Counted from the first letter of the whole stretch, positions 39,301 through 53,070 are shown. The stretch is DNA of 63,903 nt, filler included, from Platydemus manokwari (GCA_037951405.1; 6 parts of 6 records of this genome joined end to end with filler, not necessarily neighbours in it); one strand, 5' to 3'. Notes: generated from the letters alone by a model not told the origin. Numbers and translations: made by a program.

Positions 39301-42300
39301 TTACTAACCAATAGGCAGGCAACAAACTGATCAGTGCAATAGTAATATTAATCATTCGTGGTCAGTTCACTTTTCTCATTTAATCATTCACGCCAAATCT
39401 CTAGGCATATAAGCAAATATCGAGCGAAGCCATTTATCGAAAACATTCTGTTTGAAAGAAGCCAAAGAAATTAATCTTTGTCAATCTCAAACAAGAGCAA
39501 ACTCGGATTAGCATTAATATTGTTTTCCTTTGCAACATGTTTGGACAATCATAAGGCTTCGTTTATTTTTTGTTGAATAGTATTTCTCATTCATAATCAT
39601 TAGTAATTTATTAATAATTTAAACAATTGTGTCGATAATTAGCATCTCCTAAATTTACTAAACTCTGCTTCGTCCGTCTTAAGAATTCGATAGTTAATTG
39701 CATAGGCAAGGTTCTAGTTATATGACTTATTTCTTTTGTATTCATTCGTATTAATTGTTGTTTTTTGTATTTTCTTAAATAAATATTATCGCATTCAGTG
39801 GGACTGCTTGATAATTACTACAAATTCGTAATATTGATAAGAAGCACTGAGTCAGCGGAAACATATTTTTGAGGTGTGAATTTGGAGATATTGGTGACAA
39901 GATATTTGTGCCAACTTGGGGTAGTCATTCATAATTCAATCATTCCAGGCCAGAGCAGCAACAGTTTTTCTGTCCAAACGACCTTTTATTGAACTAACTA
40001 AATTTCCAGTAATTCGGTCTTCATACCAGTTTACTGAAGCTCCTGCGAAACAAAATATTTAACTTCAACCATCAACGTATAATTTTTTTAATATTTTTAC
40101 AGACTTACTGGTAATCAAATTACTTGGAATGTTATTTTATATCATAAATTTAAGTTAAATAAACTTAAAATCTTAAAAAATTAACCTATACGAACATAAT
40201 CTTGGCATCGGAGTATACGAGGAATCTGGAAAATTAATCATTAACTACAAAGCAACAAATTAGTACTCGATCAATACCGTGAAAATATTACATCTACGTT
40301 TGTAACAGAGAAGACAAGTGAAAAACACAATAAACAAAAATTTGAAGACAAGTCGTATCTACCCAAAACGATACACAGGACAACTGGACTTGAAAAGAAA
40401 CGATTACACGTCCAATATTCAGCACGATATCCAAACAACCTGTGAAAATACGTTTGAATCAATAAACCTCAAGTTTCGTAACCAAGCTTTGAAGAAGCGA
40501 ACGAATACCGAACTAATACCAATCTATAATGACAACTAAGCAGACCAATAACATTTTACAGCCAATTTGACAATTAAAACAATTTTTAATCAATCTTAAG
40601 ACTATTAAGTACAAAAAACGAATAATAAAATTACGAGAAAATTCAAGGTAAATATTTTTAAATGCTAGCCGAAAAATAAAAATAATAAAATAAAATAGAT
40701 ACAAAGATCAGATCACGAAAAATTATGTATATATAAACTTTTTTTAATTCTATTAACTAAAATTACTTAAAATAACAGAATTGCGATACTCTGGAATTCA
40801 ATAGCACTTAATTTATGGTAAAATCGAGTGCGTTAGCCAAATGAGTAAACCATTTTCAACAATTGTAATTGTGCTTATAAATAAAACTTTGCTATTTTGT
40901 ACTGTTAGTTTAATTTTAAGAAGAAACAGCAAATAGCATCTTTATATAGGAACTCAGATTGTTGAGTTCCACAACACAAACCCAACATATCGTACATATT
41001 ATTGTATTGTATCAAATTCACGATTTTATTCATTTAGTTTACATTCAGTTTACTTACTTTATTTTAACAAATACAACTCCAAACACTACAAATATTACTA
41101 ATATTAATGATAATTTTGCCCAATTTTGTTGATTATTTTAAAGACTCAAATTTTACATGTATCATAAATCTTTGTTCTTACAGTTGTCACAATTCTGAAT
41201 AAACTGGTTCAAAAATGTAGTTACAAACTCAAATAACATTTACACAGACATGTAAATGATGTGTAAATATTTTATGACAGTATTTGTCTGACATTTTGAT
41301 AAAAAAAATTGATGTGGTAAAAATATTTTAGCTAAGTTATTTATCATTTGAAAATTAATGATAAAAATTAATATAGTCATTTACTTTATAATCAATGATC
41401 GTAACAGAAGTTATGGAATATTTTGTTAATGTTAATTTTCTTATTATTAATGTGAAAGAATTTGAAAGCAAAGTATAAATTGGATATTAAAATTAAACAT
41501 TAAAATAAATCCAGCAATTAAAATTGTCAAAAAGAGTCGCATCAAAAATATTTAAGCAGAATAAAATAAATCAAGACCCAATTACAACTTTAAACCCAGG
41601 AATTCAAACACCAGCCAGTCAACAAACAGGAAATAGTATAAAACCAACACCATTGATAAAATTGGTTCACAAATTGAAAAGTGAAACCACTAACCAGTAA
41701 CATATTCAGTAACCGATTCGATAAGCGAACAAAAGTTATTTTTATAGAACAATCATTACATGCCCAATATTGTAACTGGAGATCAACCATGAAAAACATT
41801 CATTTATTCGAGTTGTCTAATCAGGTGAGAAACTCAGCATTCAATTGTCAAAGTAAATTTTAAAATTTTAACAATTTATCTAATTTTATCGCATACAGTT
41901 TCGGCCCCACTGTAACGAATGGGACGTCGGAAAAGAATCACTTTGTTTTCCAATTTGTCGGCCAAAAATCGATTATTTTTGTCTATTGTATTTGTGATAA
42001 CTTAAATATTATATTTTATCGTATTCAGTCCTGAGTTTATTGATCATCACTGGTTTATGTCATTTAAAAACACATTTGCGTTAACGTTGATCATTCATAT
42101 TCATCAGTTGTTATATATTTATTTGAGTCAATTCATTATCTTTAAGTTATAAATAATTTCAAAAAAAAAAGAACATTTCATTGTTCGAGTACCAGAGGGT
42201 GAGACTAATAAAGATAATTTCAGAGATTGAGAAAATTGAAATTAATGCTGCTCCAACAACTTCCATATTATTGTGTCAGTGTCGATGTGAAAAAATAATT

Positions 42301-42450
42301 TACGAAATTAACAAGTATTCTTACACTTAAGCCGCTATCGAACTCGAACGAGTCATCAATTATTAAAGCTTACAATACCTGAGGGTCCAGAAAGTAAAAC
42401 AGTAATGAACTTGACTCTGGGAATTAGATTTTAATAATTAAATCAACTTT

Positions 42451-42550
42451 NNNNNNNNNNNNNNNNNNNNNNNNNNNNNNNNNNNNNNNNNNNNTTAATT
42501 AATTAANNNNNNNNNNNNNNNNNNNNNNNNNNNNNNNNNNNNNNNNNNNN
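42451..42550. other. Assembly gap spacer
   Basis: N44-TTAATTAATTAA-N44. Confidence 0.98.
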
Positions 42551-45258
42551 TAAGGAAACTTGGTTGAAAAACAGTGCTTTTACACCATAGTATTATATTT
42601 GTTGATTTCAAAGCTTTTTGAATTTAACTACCAATAAAAGTTGATTTTCTTATTCACCAAACCATTTAAAGTATAAATTTCGAAAATGAGTTCACCTTTT
42701 CTAATTAACCAACTTTTTCCGTTAAATCGGATGCAGCGAAGAGTTATAACATTGCATTCTTAGGATAATTGAAGCAGATGTGGATTTAATGCAATTAAGA
42801 CTTATTATGGATAATCATTATACACAACTCAATTAAAATCAGGCAAAATAACAAAAAAGTGATTGTTTCTTCAACTATTTTTTCGCACGATAAATTTTTT
42901 TACAATTTTCTTGGAAAAAATGATTTTCAATTGCTTGGTTTATATCCATGGAGATAGATAAATAAAATAAAGTCTGAAAGGACATTTTCTGAGATATTTA
43001 AGATTATTAAACACCTACTTTTAATAATAAAATGAGTTGGATGTAGTTCAGTTTTGTAAAATGTTACAAACTCACAAAAAGGTTAAAAGATGAACCAGAG
43101 TTAAAACGCATTTAATAACACAAATCTTGATGAATAATCATGGAATTTGATGATACCTGTGATAATTTATTAGCTGTAAGATTAGATATATTATCCGACT
43201 CATCACAGTGCAGAACCGTAGGTTGCATGTATAAATTCGAGTTATATAATAAAATAGTCGAAGTCAGTCATGTTTATTTAATCAACATGAGATATGCAAT
43301 TATGCAATAATAATTACACAATAAGATTTTAACTTTTACTGATTTTATAATTGTAAAGTGGACGTGTCCTGAATTAAAAAAACAATGTTGGAAACTTTTG
43401 CCCACCGATTATGGTGGAAAAAGTGGTCTGCGGAAATTTGAAGTTAGAAGAATGTCAAAAGTTTTTTGAGATTATTGACGTGGTAACTTTATGATTGAAT
43501 AATTCCATTTCGGGCTAATAATAATCAATAAAAATGACTCATGTTTGTATCACGAGGCAGGAGTTTCTTTTTTCTAATTGCCAAAATTATTTGTGTTGCT
43601 GAGAGAAATGTTCCACTGTAAATAGATTATCATAGTTTGGTCTTTGATTTCCATTAATGTAGATAATTCGAATAATCTCGGAATATAACACAAAAATCAA
43701 ATTTCAGTTGTCCGAGTTGTGTGAAGCAATTATATTGATCACTTCTTACCAAAACGATATTTAGTTTTAATAAATGCATATTTAGATTTTACGATCTGAG
43801 CGCATTGATAACGACAAGAAATATAATATGATAGAAATCCAAATATTGACACAAATACAATTTCAAGGTGTGATTTTCTCAGATACAAAATCAGGCACAG
43901 GAAATTACTAAAGATGTCAGATTATTTACAATATGAAATTTAGAGCTCTTCGTACTATCTAAACGACTATCCTTGAATGATTTATTGATGAAAGGTTTTC
44001 TTTTATTCTACACTCAACTATTCTTAGATGTAATCTTCAGTGATTCAAAGTATTTTGGTAACTGTTGATTACTGCATTAAATTGCTTGCATAGGTTTTAT
44101 TTTATGAGAAGTCATAGAGGTAAATATTTTACATTTATTGTTATTACTTCTAGTTTGTAAGTTATTTATCCAATATATTTTGTTCCTAATTTTATCTTAG
44201 TTTGTTATTATTATTAGTTTGTTATTATTTCTAAAAATTTATATGATCTGCGTAGACTGATTACTACAACAGTGGCTTTGTTTTAATCTAAATATAATAA
44301 CAGACTTACTGATGTTAATACTGCCAAATATGTTACAGATAATCTTTGCGTGATGATCAAGAATAAATTTATTTATAGAAAAGTTAAATGACACTAAAAT
44401 TAAAAATTACTTGCGAAAGTTACACAGGTTGTCACTCAGGTAAGCCACATATGTTGTAGTGTTTAATGTTAGTCGTTATTGGCCCTGAAAAGTATCAGTA
44501 ATTCGTACGATGACAAAATTAGCGAAAAAATTGATTGAATCGTCTAAAGGTTTAAACTTATGTAGTTATTAGTCAGTTCACATAGATATAAATTATAACC
44601 ATAACTATAACTATAAGATTTATTTAAAAAACCTTAAAACTTAACAAGGTACAGAAAGAACAGTATGAAATGTCGAAATGCGCCACACACTTATCAAATA
44701 GATAGTTGCCCAATATCCATATGAGTGATATCGGGAAATCAAATGAATGCCACTGATATTACAATTAATAAAATATTAATTAAATTAATTTATTATTAAT
44801 TTGAAAATTTGATAATGCTATGAAGGTAAATTTAAAAAGTTACTCATTCTCTAAAATCTGTAAATCTTCTTCAATGTTAGTCTTGCTCTCGAGTTGAAGA
44901 ATCTTTAACGTTGAATTTAATATCTCTCATTGTTTCAAAATTTGAATGATGTTTGGATTATATAATATTATAATGGTTTTAGCTCGTTTAAATTATAATG
45001 GTGCTAGCGCCTATGTTATGCCTGACTTCAAAGACTCAGTAATAGGAAACAACAGTAATAATTTTATCATAAATAAATGAAGATAAATGAAAATATAATA
45101 ATATAATTCTTAATTAAACTATATGTGATTTTCCCCAAATGATTAAATAACGATTATCAAATATCAATTAACAATTATTAGATAGCAAATATTGAATAAC
45201 AAATAACAAGGGTTTTTAATAATATTTTTAATTAATGGTCATTGTTTAGTAAAAGATT

Positions 45259-47003
45259 TTAATTGGTCTTAGCGACACAACACTCCAGACAATCACAGAC
45301 AAGATATACAAAGATAGATCTCAGCTTGCTCAAATTACTCTCATCGCAAGTCCCAATCTTGTTTCTGCATATCTTTCTGAAATTTACTCCTTCAAGAGAG
45401 ACGTGCCTCAAAACGAAATCAACATTAAAACGTTTGAATGAATCAATATTAAGTTCTATACCATGCATCGCCCCACAACAAGTTACTTGCCGCTCATAGC
45501 AACTCCGACAACCGCATGCTCTCGCCTCTAACATAAAGACAAGTTAGAGTGCAGGAAATCTGCACAACACTCAAAGCAATACTGACTACTGTGGAAGAAT
45601 ACAGACTTTGCAATCCGAACCTTCAACCTTTTCCTATCAAACCATGTGGAAAATTCAGTTGAATATTTCAACAAACATTCAACACATTTGCAATTGAGGT
45701 ATGATGCCATCAATTTCAACTTAGACCTACGCCTATATTAAACAAACACACAATCACAATCAATAAATTGGTTACTGGGATGATAACTACAGTACAATTT
45801 CTTCATACTGACCTTACAAATGCCACAGTAGCACTTCCACTTATCATAAAGCACAAGGAGATCACTAAGATAAACACGGTTACCAGTAAGACTATTGTTT
45901 TTTGTAATTTGCTCAGAGTTAATTACGGATCGATCTGGCACAGAACCAGTAGTGTTTATGACAATATATTTATTGGTTTGCTCAACTACTCGATTAGAGC
46001 TTGAAGAGTTCACCTGAGTCCCTTACTGAGACACTGGATTCGGTCCATCTATAAGGTGACTACTATTACAGCTTGTCACAAGATTTCCCACCTCCCTGGC
46101 ACAAATCGGATCAAACACGACAATACCGGTTCTTAAATTATTATTAGATTTAACTACTGTTTGCCTAGCATGTTGTTTGTTTGCTGTTTTAACTCTGGTA
46201 ACCGGTTCTATATTTAAATCAATACTTAACTCAGAATTAATAGGTGCCGTTGGTTTGTGGTGATGACCGGAGTTTCCATTAATTAAATCCTACTGCTACA
46301 ATCATTATTGGTTAAATGAATGCGGTCGCCAGCTTTTACAAAACTGTTTATATTTATTAACGATTTTGAGTCCCCTTTAATTTCTATAGGTTTATCAGAT
46401 TTTAGTGCAGTGGTGATGGTATGTTTAGAAATGTCAGTCGTCAAATGTTTATTTAAATCATTTTTCTTCACCTTCACCCACTTCTCCCTCTCGATCTCCT
46501 TCTTGGAGGTGTATTTTTTGTACACTCTAAAAAAATTATCTGATATACCACAATCAATCGAAGCCCAGTCATTCTTATTAATACATGACTTATTATAATA
46601 GCAAATACTATTTAGTTTTAAAATAGGCATTGAATGATTATGACCACAGGCACATAAATCAGACAATTTATAATTGATACGGTCATAGAAACATGAACCG
46701 CATGTATCATATAGTAGATGGTTAGATGAATTTATAATGTTGATAAAATGACCACAAGGACATAATTGCCCCGGGAGAATTCGTAGAGAATTATATATAA
46801 TATCATTAATAATTTTAGAGTTATTATCATTACTATTGCAAAAATGATTATAAAAACATTTATTTTAGTTACATGAGTTAAAGCAAATGAAATTAACAAA
46901 CTTAATTACATCAATTTTATTAGATTTATTAAATACAAACGAAAAATTAATAGAACAAAGTCAACTAATCGCCAACAATCTCCACAATTTTTATAAATGT
47001 CAT
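45259..47003 (-). pseudogene. Decayed intronless ~580-codon Cys-rich ORF of unknown family
   Basis: Four listed ORFs plus the frames between them join through a few stops and frameshifts, from MTFIKNCGDCW (ATG at 47003) to CDCLECC. Motifs include CPCGH, CGSC, CACGH, CYCGIC, CKCVEC and CGCRSC. Confidence 0.6.
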
Positions 47004-47039
47004 TAATATTATAATTACAATAATTAGAATCAATTAATC

Positions 47040-47335
47040 CATCGACTACTGCCCTATAGAATTTATTATTGAAACGAATAAGGTCTTGAGTACCAGGCGG
47101 TGGATTAGTGCCACCACTGGTCTCATTCCTACATTGACTGCCTCAGGGAATTAATGCCGGGTAAGTCCCTATATAATGCAACGAATTACCACTAATATCC
47201 AATCTCTCAGTTCTAGCTTTCTCCGCTCCGATGGGCTTCCCAACCTGTTCACTTTCGTGATGACAGGCATACGCTTGTCTACCCCTAAACTGCAAGATAG
47301 AGGGACTATCTCCAATTAGGAAATTTAGATGACTA
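47040..47335 (-). ncRNA. Putative structured RNA leader (IRES/ribozyme/viral UTR-like)
   Basis: GC-richer island. Minus-strand hairpins: CCUGU-ca-UCAC-GAAA-GUGA-ACAGG (47244-47267), GAG-ACCAG-u-GGUGG-loop-CCACC-gc-CUGGU-a-CUC (47088-47124), and AGAUAG/CUAUCU inside a CUAAAUU/AGUUUAG stem (47285-47328). Confidence 0.5.
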
Positions 47336-47636
47336 TACTATAAAACATATTTAAAATATACATTAATACAAACTTGAAATCGGAATCGCACTAAAATATT
47401 TAAATTTATTAATTGGTTAACATAAACATATTGAAAAAATATTTCCAAATTTTTTTATTATAATGTTCCACAGGCAAATTTGTGATATATTTGAATTTTT
47501 GTCTTTAATACTTTCAATTGACTATCAAAATTCCTATTAATAAAAAAAAATTTAAATAATTGTTTTAAAAATTAAAAATTATATTTGTTTGATTAATAAG
47601 GTTAATGTATTTCCGATTTTTTTCAATATTTTCAAA

Positions 47637-48728
47637 ATGCTTGCAACACCACATGATTTTGAATGTCCTATATGTTATGATATTATTTCCAAAGACAGTT
47701 TTCTAAAATTCGAAGAATGTAATCACAATTTTTGTCAACAGTGTGCGAAAGAAATCATTTTTGATTCTACTCCCCGATGTCCCATTGACAGAAAGATAAT
47801 AGAACAATCTCAATCATTAATGTCATATCAATATTTTATCTGGATTAATGATGGAGATTCCATTCATAATGAAATCGAAACATATTGGTATGGATATCTC
47901 ACATGTGCTACCAAAATGTTTTGTATATTCATTGAGACATGTAACGATGCGTTGGAGATATTAGAAAGATGGCTCGAGCACAATACCGAAATCAATAACT
48001 ATAGAATTAATAAATACTTCGATTTTATCAATGAAAGGAGTTCTAAAATGGCAGATATCACCTTAAATTATCCAAATCGATGCCAAAAGGTGGTTCTGTT
48101 AAGTTCCTTAATAAGTAAAATCGCACCGTCCGATGCGAAGCTAATTAATAACAATATTTTGAATGAAATGATGATTGTCGCAATAAGACAGTTGGAAGAT
48201 CTGCACCTCGAACAATATTTGGATATTCAAATCGATTATTCTAATATTAAAAAAGTATTAGAAGAAATGACTCAGCGAGTCAAGAGTGACAAGCGATATA
48301 TTGAAGAGATTAAGAGATTTCTAACGACATTTATTATTTCTTTCTTGAGAGATAATAAATGTCTTTTTCAAACGTTGCAACCAAATTTCGATATCAGCAA
48401 TATTGGTCTTTGCATGATATGCTTGGAAACGGTTCATAATAATAAATATGCTAAATTTTTGAGTTGCGATCACAAATTTTGCTTGAGATGCATCACAAAG
48501 TACATGATAATACACGGAAGTTGTCCATTTGATTCGAAAGAATTATCTGAATTATACATATATAAATATCACACAAAATATTATTTAGTTTGTAAATATT
48601 TGGAGAAAAATCATAAGATTATCATAAAAAATTGTTTCGACCAAAAAATATATTTAGCTATTCAACATATATATGATGTAGTGAAAATCAAGGATTATTT
48701 AAGCCCTCTTATTAAGCACTTGATTTGA
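47637..48728 (+). CDS. Intronless protein with two C3HC4 RING fingers (putative E3 ligase), 363 aa to the first TGA
   Basis: CPIC...CNHNFCQQC...CPIDR and CMIC...CDHKFCLRC...CPFD; ATG at 47637 in an aaaATG context. Confidence 0.85.
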   Translation: MLATPHDFECPICYDIISKDSFLKFEECNHNFCQQCAKEIIFDSTPRCPIDRKIIEQSQSLMSYQYFIWINDGDSIHNEIETYWYGYLTCATKMFCIFIETCNDALEILERWLEHNTEINNYRINKYFDFINERSSKMADITLNYPNRCQKVVLLSSLISKIAPSDAKLINNNILNEMMIVAIRQLEDLHLEQYLDIQIDYSNIKKVLEEMTQRVKSDKRYIEEIKRFLTTFIISFLRDNKCLFQTLQPNFDISNIGLCMICLETVHNNKYAKFLSCDHKFCLRCITKYMIIHGSCPFDSKELSELYIYKYHTKYYLVCKYLEKNHKIIIKNCFDQKIYLAIQHIYDVVKIKDYLSPLIKHLI

Positions 48729-49256
48729 TTTTACACTGCTATGCATAATTCAAGGTATACAACTCGAATACTTTTCAAGGTGCTTTTAAATATTGAAAAT
48801 ATATTTAAAAATATTCCAAATAGTCCTGTCATGAATAATCCAATGTTTAATATTATCGATAATTGCGTCGGGACGTCATTTGAATTTATGTCAAGTTTCA
48901 ATGGTTTTAAGACTTTCAAGCAATACTTAAAAAATGAATATGATTCAAATTCGTATAAAAGATATTATAAATTTCTGACCGCTTTACAACATTTAAAAAA
49001 TGTTATGTATCCCTTTCATGAAGAAGATCTAGATCACAAAAATAGCGAAGTGTTTATTTTTCTTATAGAGTTCAATGAATTTTTCAATTCTATTTCCTCA
49101 GAAATGATAAAACATGAATATTTATTATTCGATGGATTTTACGAGGCTGAACAACCAATGAAAGAATGGAAATTGCAAAACAGTAAAAAAATTTGGAGAT
49201 ATTTGGGACATCTTAAAGGAGAATCGTTTCCGGTGGAGGAGCTTAAAGCTCATTAA
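48729..49256 (+). CDS. In-frame continuation of the RING ORF beyond the TGA (175 codons)
   Basis: 48741 minus 47637 is a multiple of 3, and only the TGA at 48726-48728 interrupts the frame. Confidence 0.65.
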   Translation, partial: FYTAMHNSRYTTRILFKVLLNIENIFKNIPNSPVMNNPMFNIIDNCVGTSFEFMSSFNGFKTFKQYLKNEYDSNSYKRYYKFLTALQHLKNVMYPFHEEDLDHKNSEVFIFLIEFNEFFNSISSEMIKHEYLLFDGFYEAEQPMKEWKLQNSKKIWRYLGHLKGESFPVEELKAH

Positions 49257-52200
49257 TAAATTTTTTGAATTTATCTAAATTATCTGCGAATCGAATTTGT
49301 TAAAAGTTTTTTGTTTTATTAATATTTTCAAATGTTTTCATTATGGGAATCTTTTGATTTTCCATGAAAATTTGAAATAATAAAATAACTCGAATGTTGC
49401 ATTAGATTATTTTCAACAATTACATTTCAAGGATATTTCATTGCCATATACAGCACCGGGCAAGGTACGGTTCGAAGTATTCAGAGTGACTAACCATTTC
49501 ACTGTGAAAGATATTTTTAATACTAATAATGTATTTTACATCTCAAATTCTTTTGTAATTTAAAAAACTTAACTGTGACGGAATTCTCTCTGAATTAAAG
49601 AATTAGCACACTAAAATATCAACTTAGAATAATAAGTATCAATCTTATTCTTGTATGTGTTTATTGGGAATTTGGATGTAGAATTGTTTTATGTAATATT
49701 TTGTTCTGCTGGAAATTTATGAAGTTTGTGCATGTGTTTGAAGCTTAAATTTGATTTGTTTTAAAAATTATTTGAAGCTGGGAGATGATGAGTAAATAGT
49801 TTTGCTTTATGTTCACTGATTCGTGTTCATTCCTGTATGTGAAAGGAAAATATCGCTACAATGTCAAATATATTACCCAGAATTTCGAAATAAGAGAAAT
49901 ATCGATACATTTTCAGCAATGTCTTCGATTTGAATTGAGTTAATGATTGCAGAAATCTCGATGTTATTTATTAGATTTAGATGAGAATATACGGCATTTA
50001 ATCAAGTCATTTTAGATAGTTGAAGAATTTTGGGTTGAGATGATTGAGAGATATTGTGGAGTTGTTATTTATGTTGTATTCGTTATTATTTGTATTTTTG
50101 TCTACGGTTTTCGATAATATTACTGTTGTTATTATCTTTACCGTCATTAAAATTTAATTCAGTGACATGTCACAATTTGAATAAGTCGAACGAAATGATA
50201 AAGAACTAGAGTAGAAATTCAAACTCAATTTATTTATAGATTTCGAGCAAAGATCTCATTATATCGAATAAGCACAAAATATTAAATAAGCAGATAACAA
50301 ACGTATTTTTGTGGATAGGCGTAATTCTAAACTAAACACAAAACATCTCCCAGCGAAAAAGCGTATTAATATGAACTATTATATCAAACGCAATCTTCTG
50401 AGAAACATTTTAAGGGAAGAGGTGATTTGTTGAGTACGTTATTAAAACAGGCAAAATAACCACGAAAACCATGGAAATAGCCATCAACGGGTAGATACAC
50501 ACAGATTCGATTAGCCAATAGCCAATGAGACGATTTGTATCGAGAAATCCAAATACAAAACCGGATAATCAATTGGCGCACATCAACAAAAAACATCGAG
50601 ATACTCCAATAGCACTAGGGGCAAGAAACAATTGGTGAACATCTCTTTCAAATAAAAAGTAAACTCTTGAGACATCAAGTGAACAATGATAAGCCTATAA
50701 AAAGAGTTGGATCTTCCGAGTATCCGACAATCTTCCCTGATCAGTAATTGCTATCTGTCTTGATTTTTATGTGATTTTATAGCAATTAGTCTTGCTGTTT
50801 ACCTTTCGGGTACTGGTACCGCTGTGTGTATATTTGATCATTGAGAATGCTTCAGGTTCATGATTGTTTGACGATTTAGTTTTCTGTATAATATTGCGAT
50901 TGTTAATTATAATTTTGGCACTTGGTATTATTAAATATTAGTAACAATTGTTTGATATTAAATTTCCAAAACACATATCTACTTAATGCACATCTGAAAA
51001 TAGATGTCATCGATGTTAATTTTTGCATAATCAAATATTCAATCTAAAAGTTTGTTTAGTGCTAAATTTTTAATTCATAAACGATTCTAATTATCATCAT
51101 TTCGTTCTTTATAAAAGAAATAATCAATATTTGTTAACGATATCCCGATTTTACTTAAACTTAATGACTCTTACAAAGATTACTAACCCCTTTTATCTTA
51201 AGCTTTAAAGATAACGACATTTTGAAATATTAATAATTTAGATTAACCAATACAACATGAACCTTTCTGTGTGATGTAACGAACATACACAAAGATATAT
51301 TGATACATATCACGAATTAATAAATTAATCTACTCACTATACACAGCTTTTCAAACATTCCTAAAAATAATTATTACTCACTTATTAAACCAGATCAAAT
51401 CACAAACACCATCGTTTTTAAATAATCGATAAACACAATGGTTAAATTATAAAAAGATTCATATTTTATTTAATGATAAACTAATCAAAGACCGAATTTA
51501 TTATTGAATACGATTTGAACATAATAAAATATAACGGAAATCATTGGATAATTTTGAATCGTGTATATAGTGTGATAACATGAATTTCACTGACGTCGGT
51601 AGGATTTATCACGAATGGGATTGACTCAACTGGAAATATAAATAAGTTCAGGTACATGGACAATAAAATGATGCTAATTAATATCGATAATTCACATTAT
51701 TGATTATCAATATTTACTCTCAAATATCAGTATAACATTTCACCAAAATAAATAAATAGACAAGTTTCGACTTCATCTGAACTGCAGGCGAAATAAAATA
51801 AGCTAATCGATCGATAATTTTTATTAATAACAGATATTACTGGCATTAAATCTGATTGGATGGCTTTTTAAATAAGATTTCCGCCTTATTTATTAAGCAT
51901 TTATAGATCATTGTATTACTGGCATGACCCGTGTAAACTGTTGTTATTGGTTTTTGTTGCTATAATCCCTCAATACAGCAATTGTAACGGAACCCGTACA
52001 CACTCAATTATCGTCATTATTATTATTAATAACAACAGGGGAGACATTTCATGGGGAGATAAATCGGAAATGCAGAATTACAAAACTAAGAATTTCGGTT
52101 CATTTCGAAAGGGGAACTGGTAAATTATTTGATTGGGTGATGCGCAGAAACTCGAGAGATGCAGTGATTACACAATTTTAGTGCCTTAAATGTTCATAAG

Positions 52201-52741
52201 AATACAAATCAGCGCTCAATATAATCAATTATTGATTGAATGCTCCCAATTGACCGTTTGTGCTCAAATACCACAACAAATGCCCAATAATGTGTGCATT
52301 TTCAATGGAAAATTTTATTATTAGAAACTCTATTAGAAACCTCTATTTGGTGACATGGGTAAAGATAAGCACTTCCCAAATGTGACAGATATCGATTATA
52401 GATGTGAAGGAGTCTTGTTACAATTACCGCTGGTGTTCACGACAAGGTGATGAGCTCAAATGATCACGAGTTCCAATTGATCAATGAGCGAATTATTAAA
52501 TGGCGGATTTGAGGTTCCATCAGTCACTGGAGAGTAGAAATAACCACGAAATCGGTCTTTCGATAAACTAATTGCCGGATTAATCAATTGATAGATCAAC
52601 AAGCCCTCAAAACCAAAGCAACAATCAAATTATTCTTCGAAGCGAAGAGATGAATTCAAACAATTTCAAATCCAAAACATCGCAATGAGTTTCGAAAATC
52701 GTGGAAGACAAATTTATCTCACTTCTCGTTCCAGTAAAATG

Positions 52742-53070
52742 ATTAGCATTTGGTTTGGCTGACATCTTGCGATTTCTTGGAGCCTATATGTAAATGAAAT
52801 CAATCAATAGTTGCTAATAGCAACATAAACTAGATCTCACTCGATTTACTAAATCTTGACGTGACACATCCAACGAAATTATCGTGCAGATTGTTATTGC
52901 TATTATCTTCGACCAATAACGTCTCTTTGTTATCGATTTCTATCAAAGCTGTCTGTGAATCGATGCTATCTACACTATGGCTGTGTCTATTCGTTGGAGT
53001 GATTCGATCTTCATCTCGCCTACTAGTTGATGGTTCATCGGCATGGCAACTGCTTTTTCTGCTTGTAAAT
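52742..53070 (-). CDS. Possible last two exons of a Ser-rich protein
   Basis: ttgtttag acceptor, open Ser/Asp-rich exon, phase-1 donor, catatag acceptor and last exon SSKKSQDVSQTKC*. Upstream exons not resolved. Confidence 0.3.

Noticed and set aside
48726-48728. Alternative nuclear genetic code (TGA as sense)
   Set aside because: ELP6 and torsin end correctly at TGA; other in-frame TGAs lie in clearly decayed elements.
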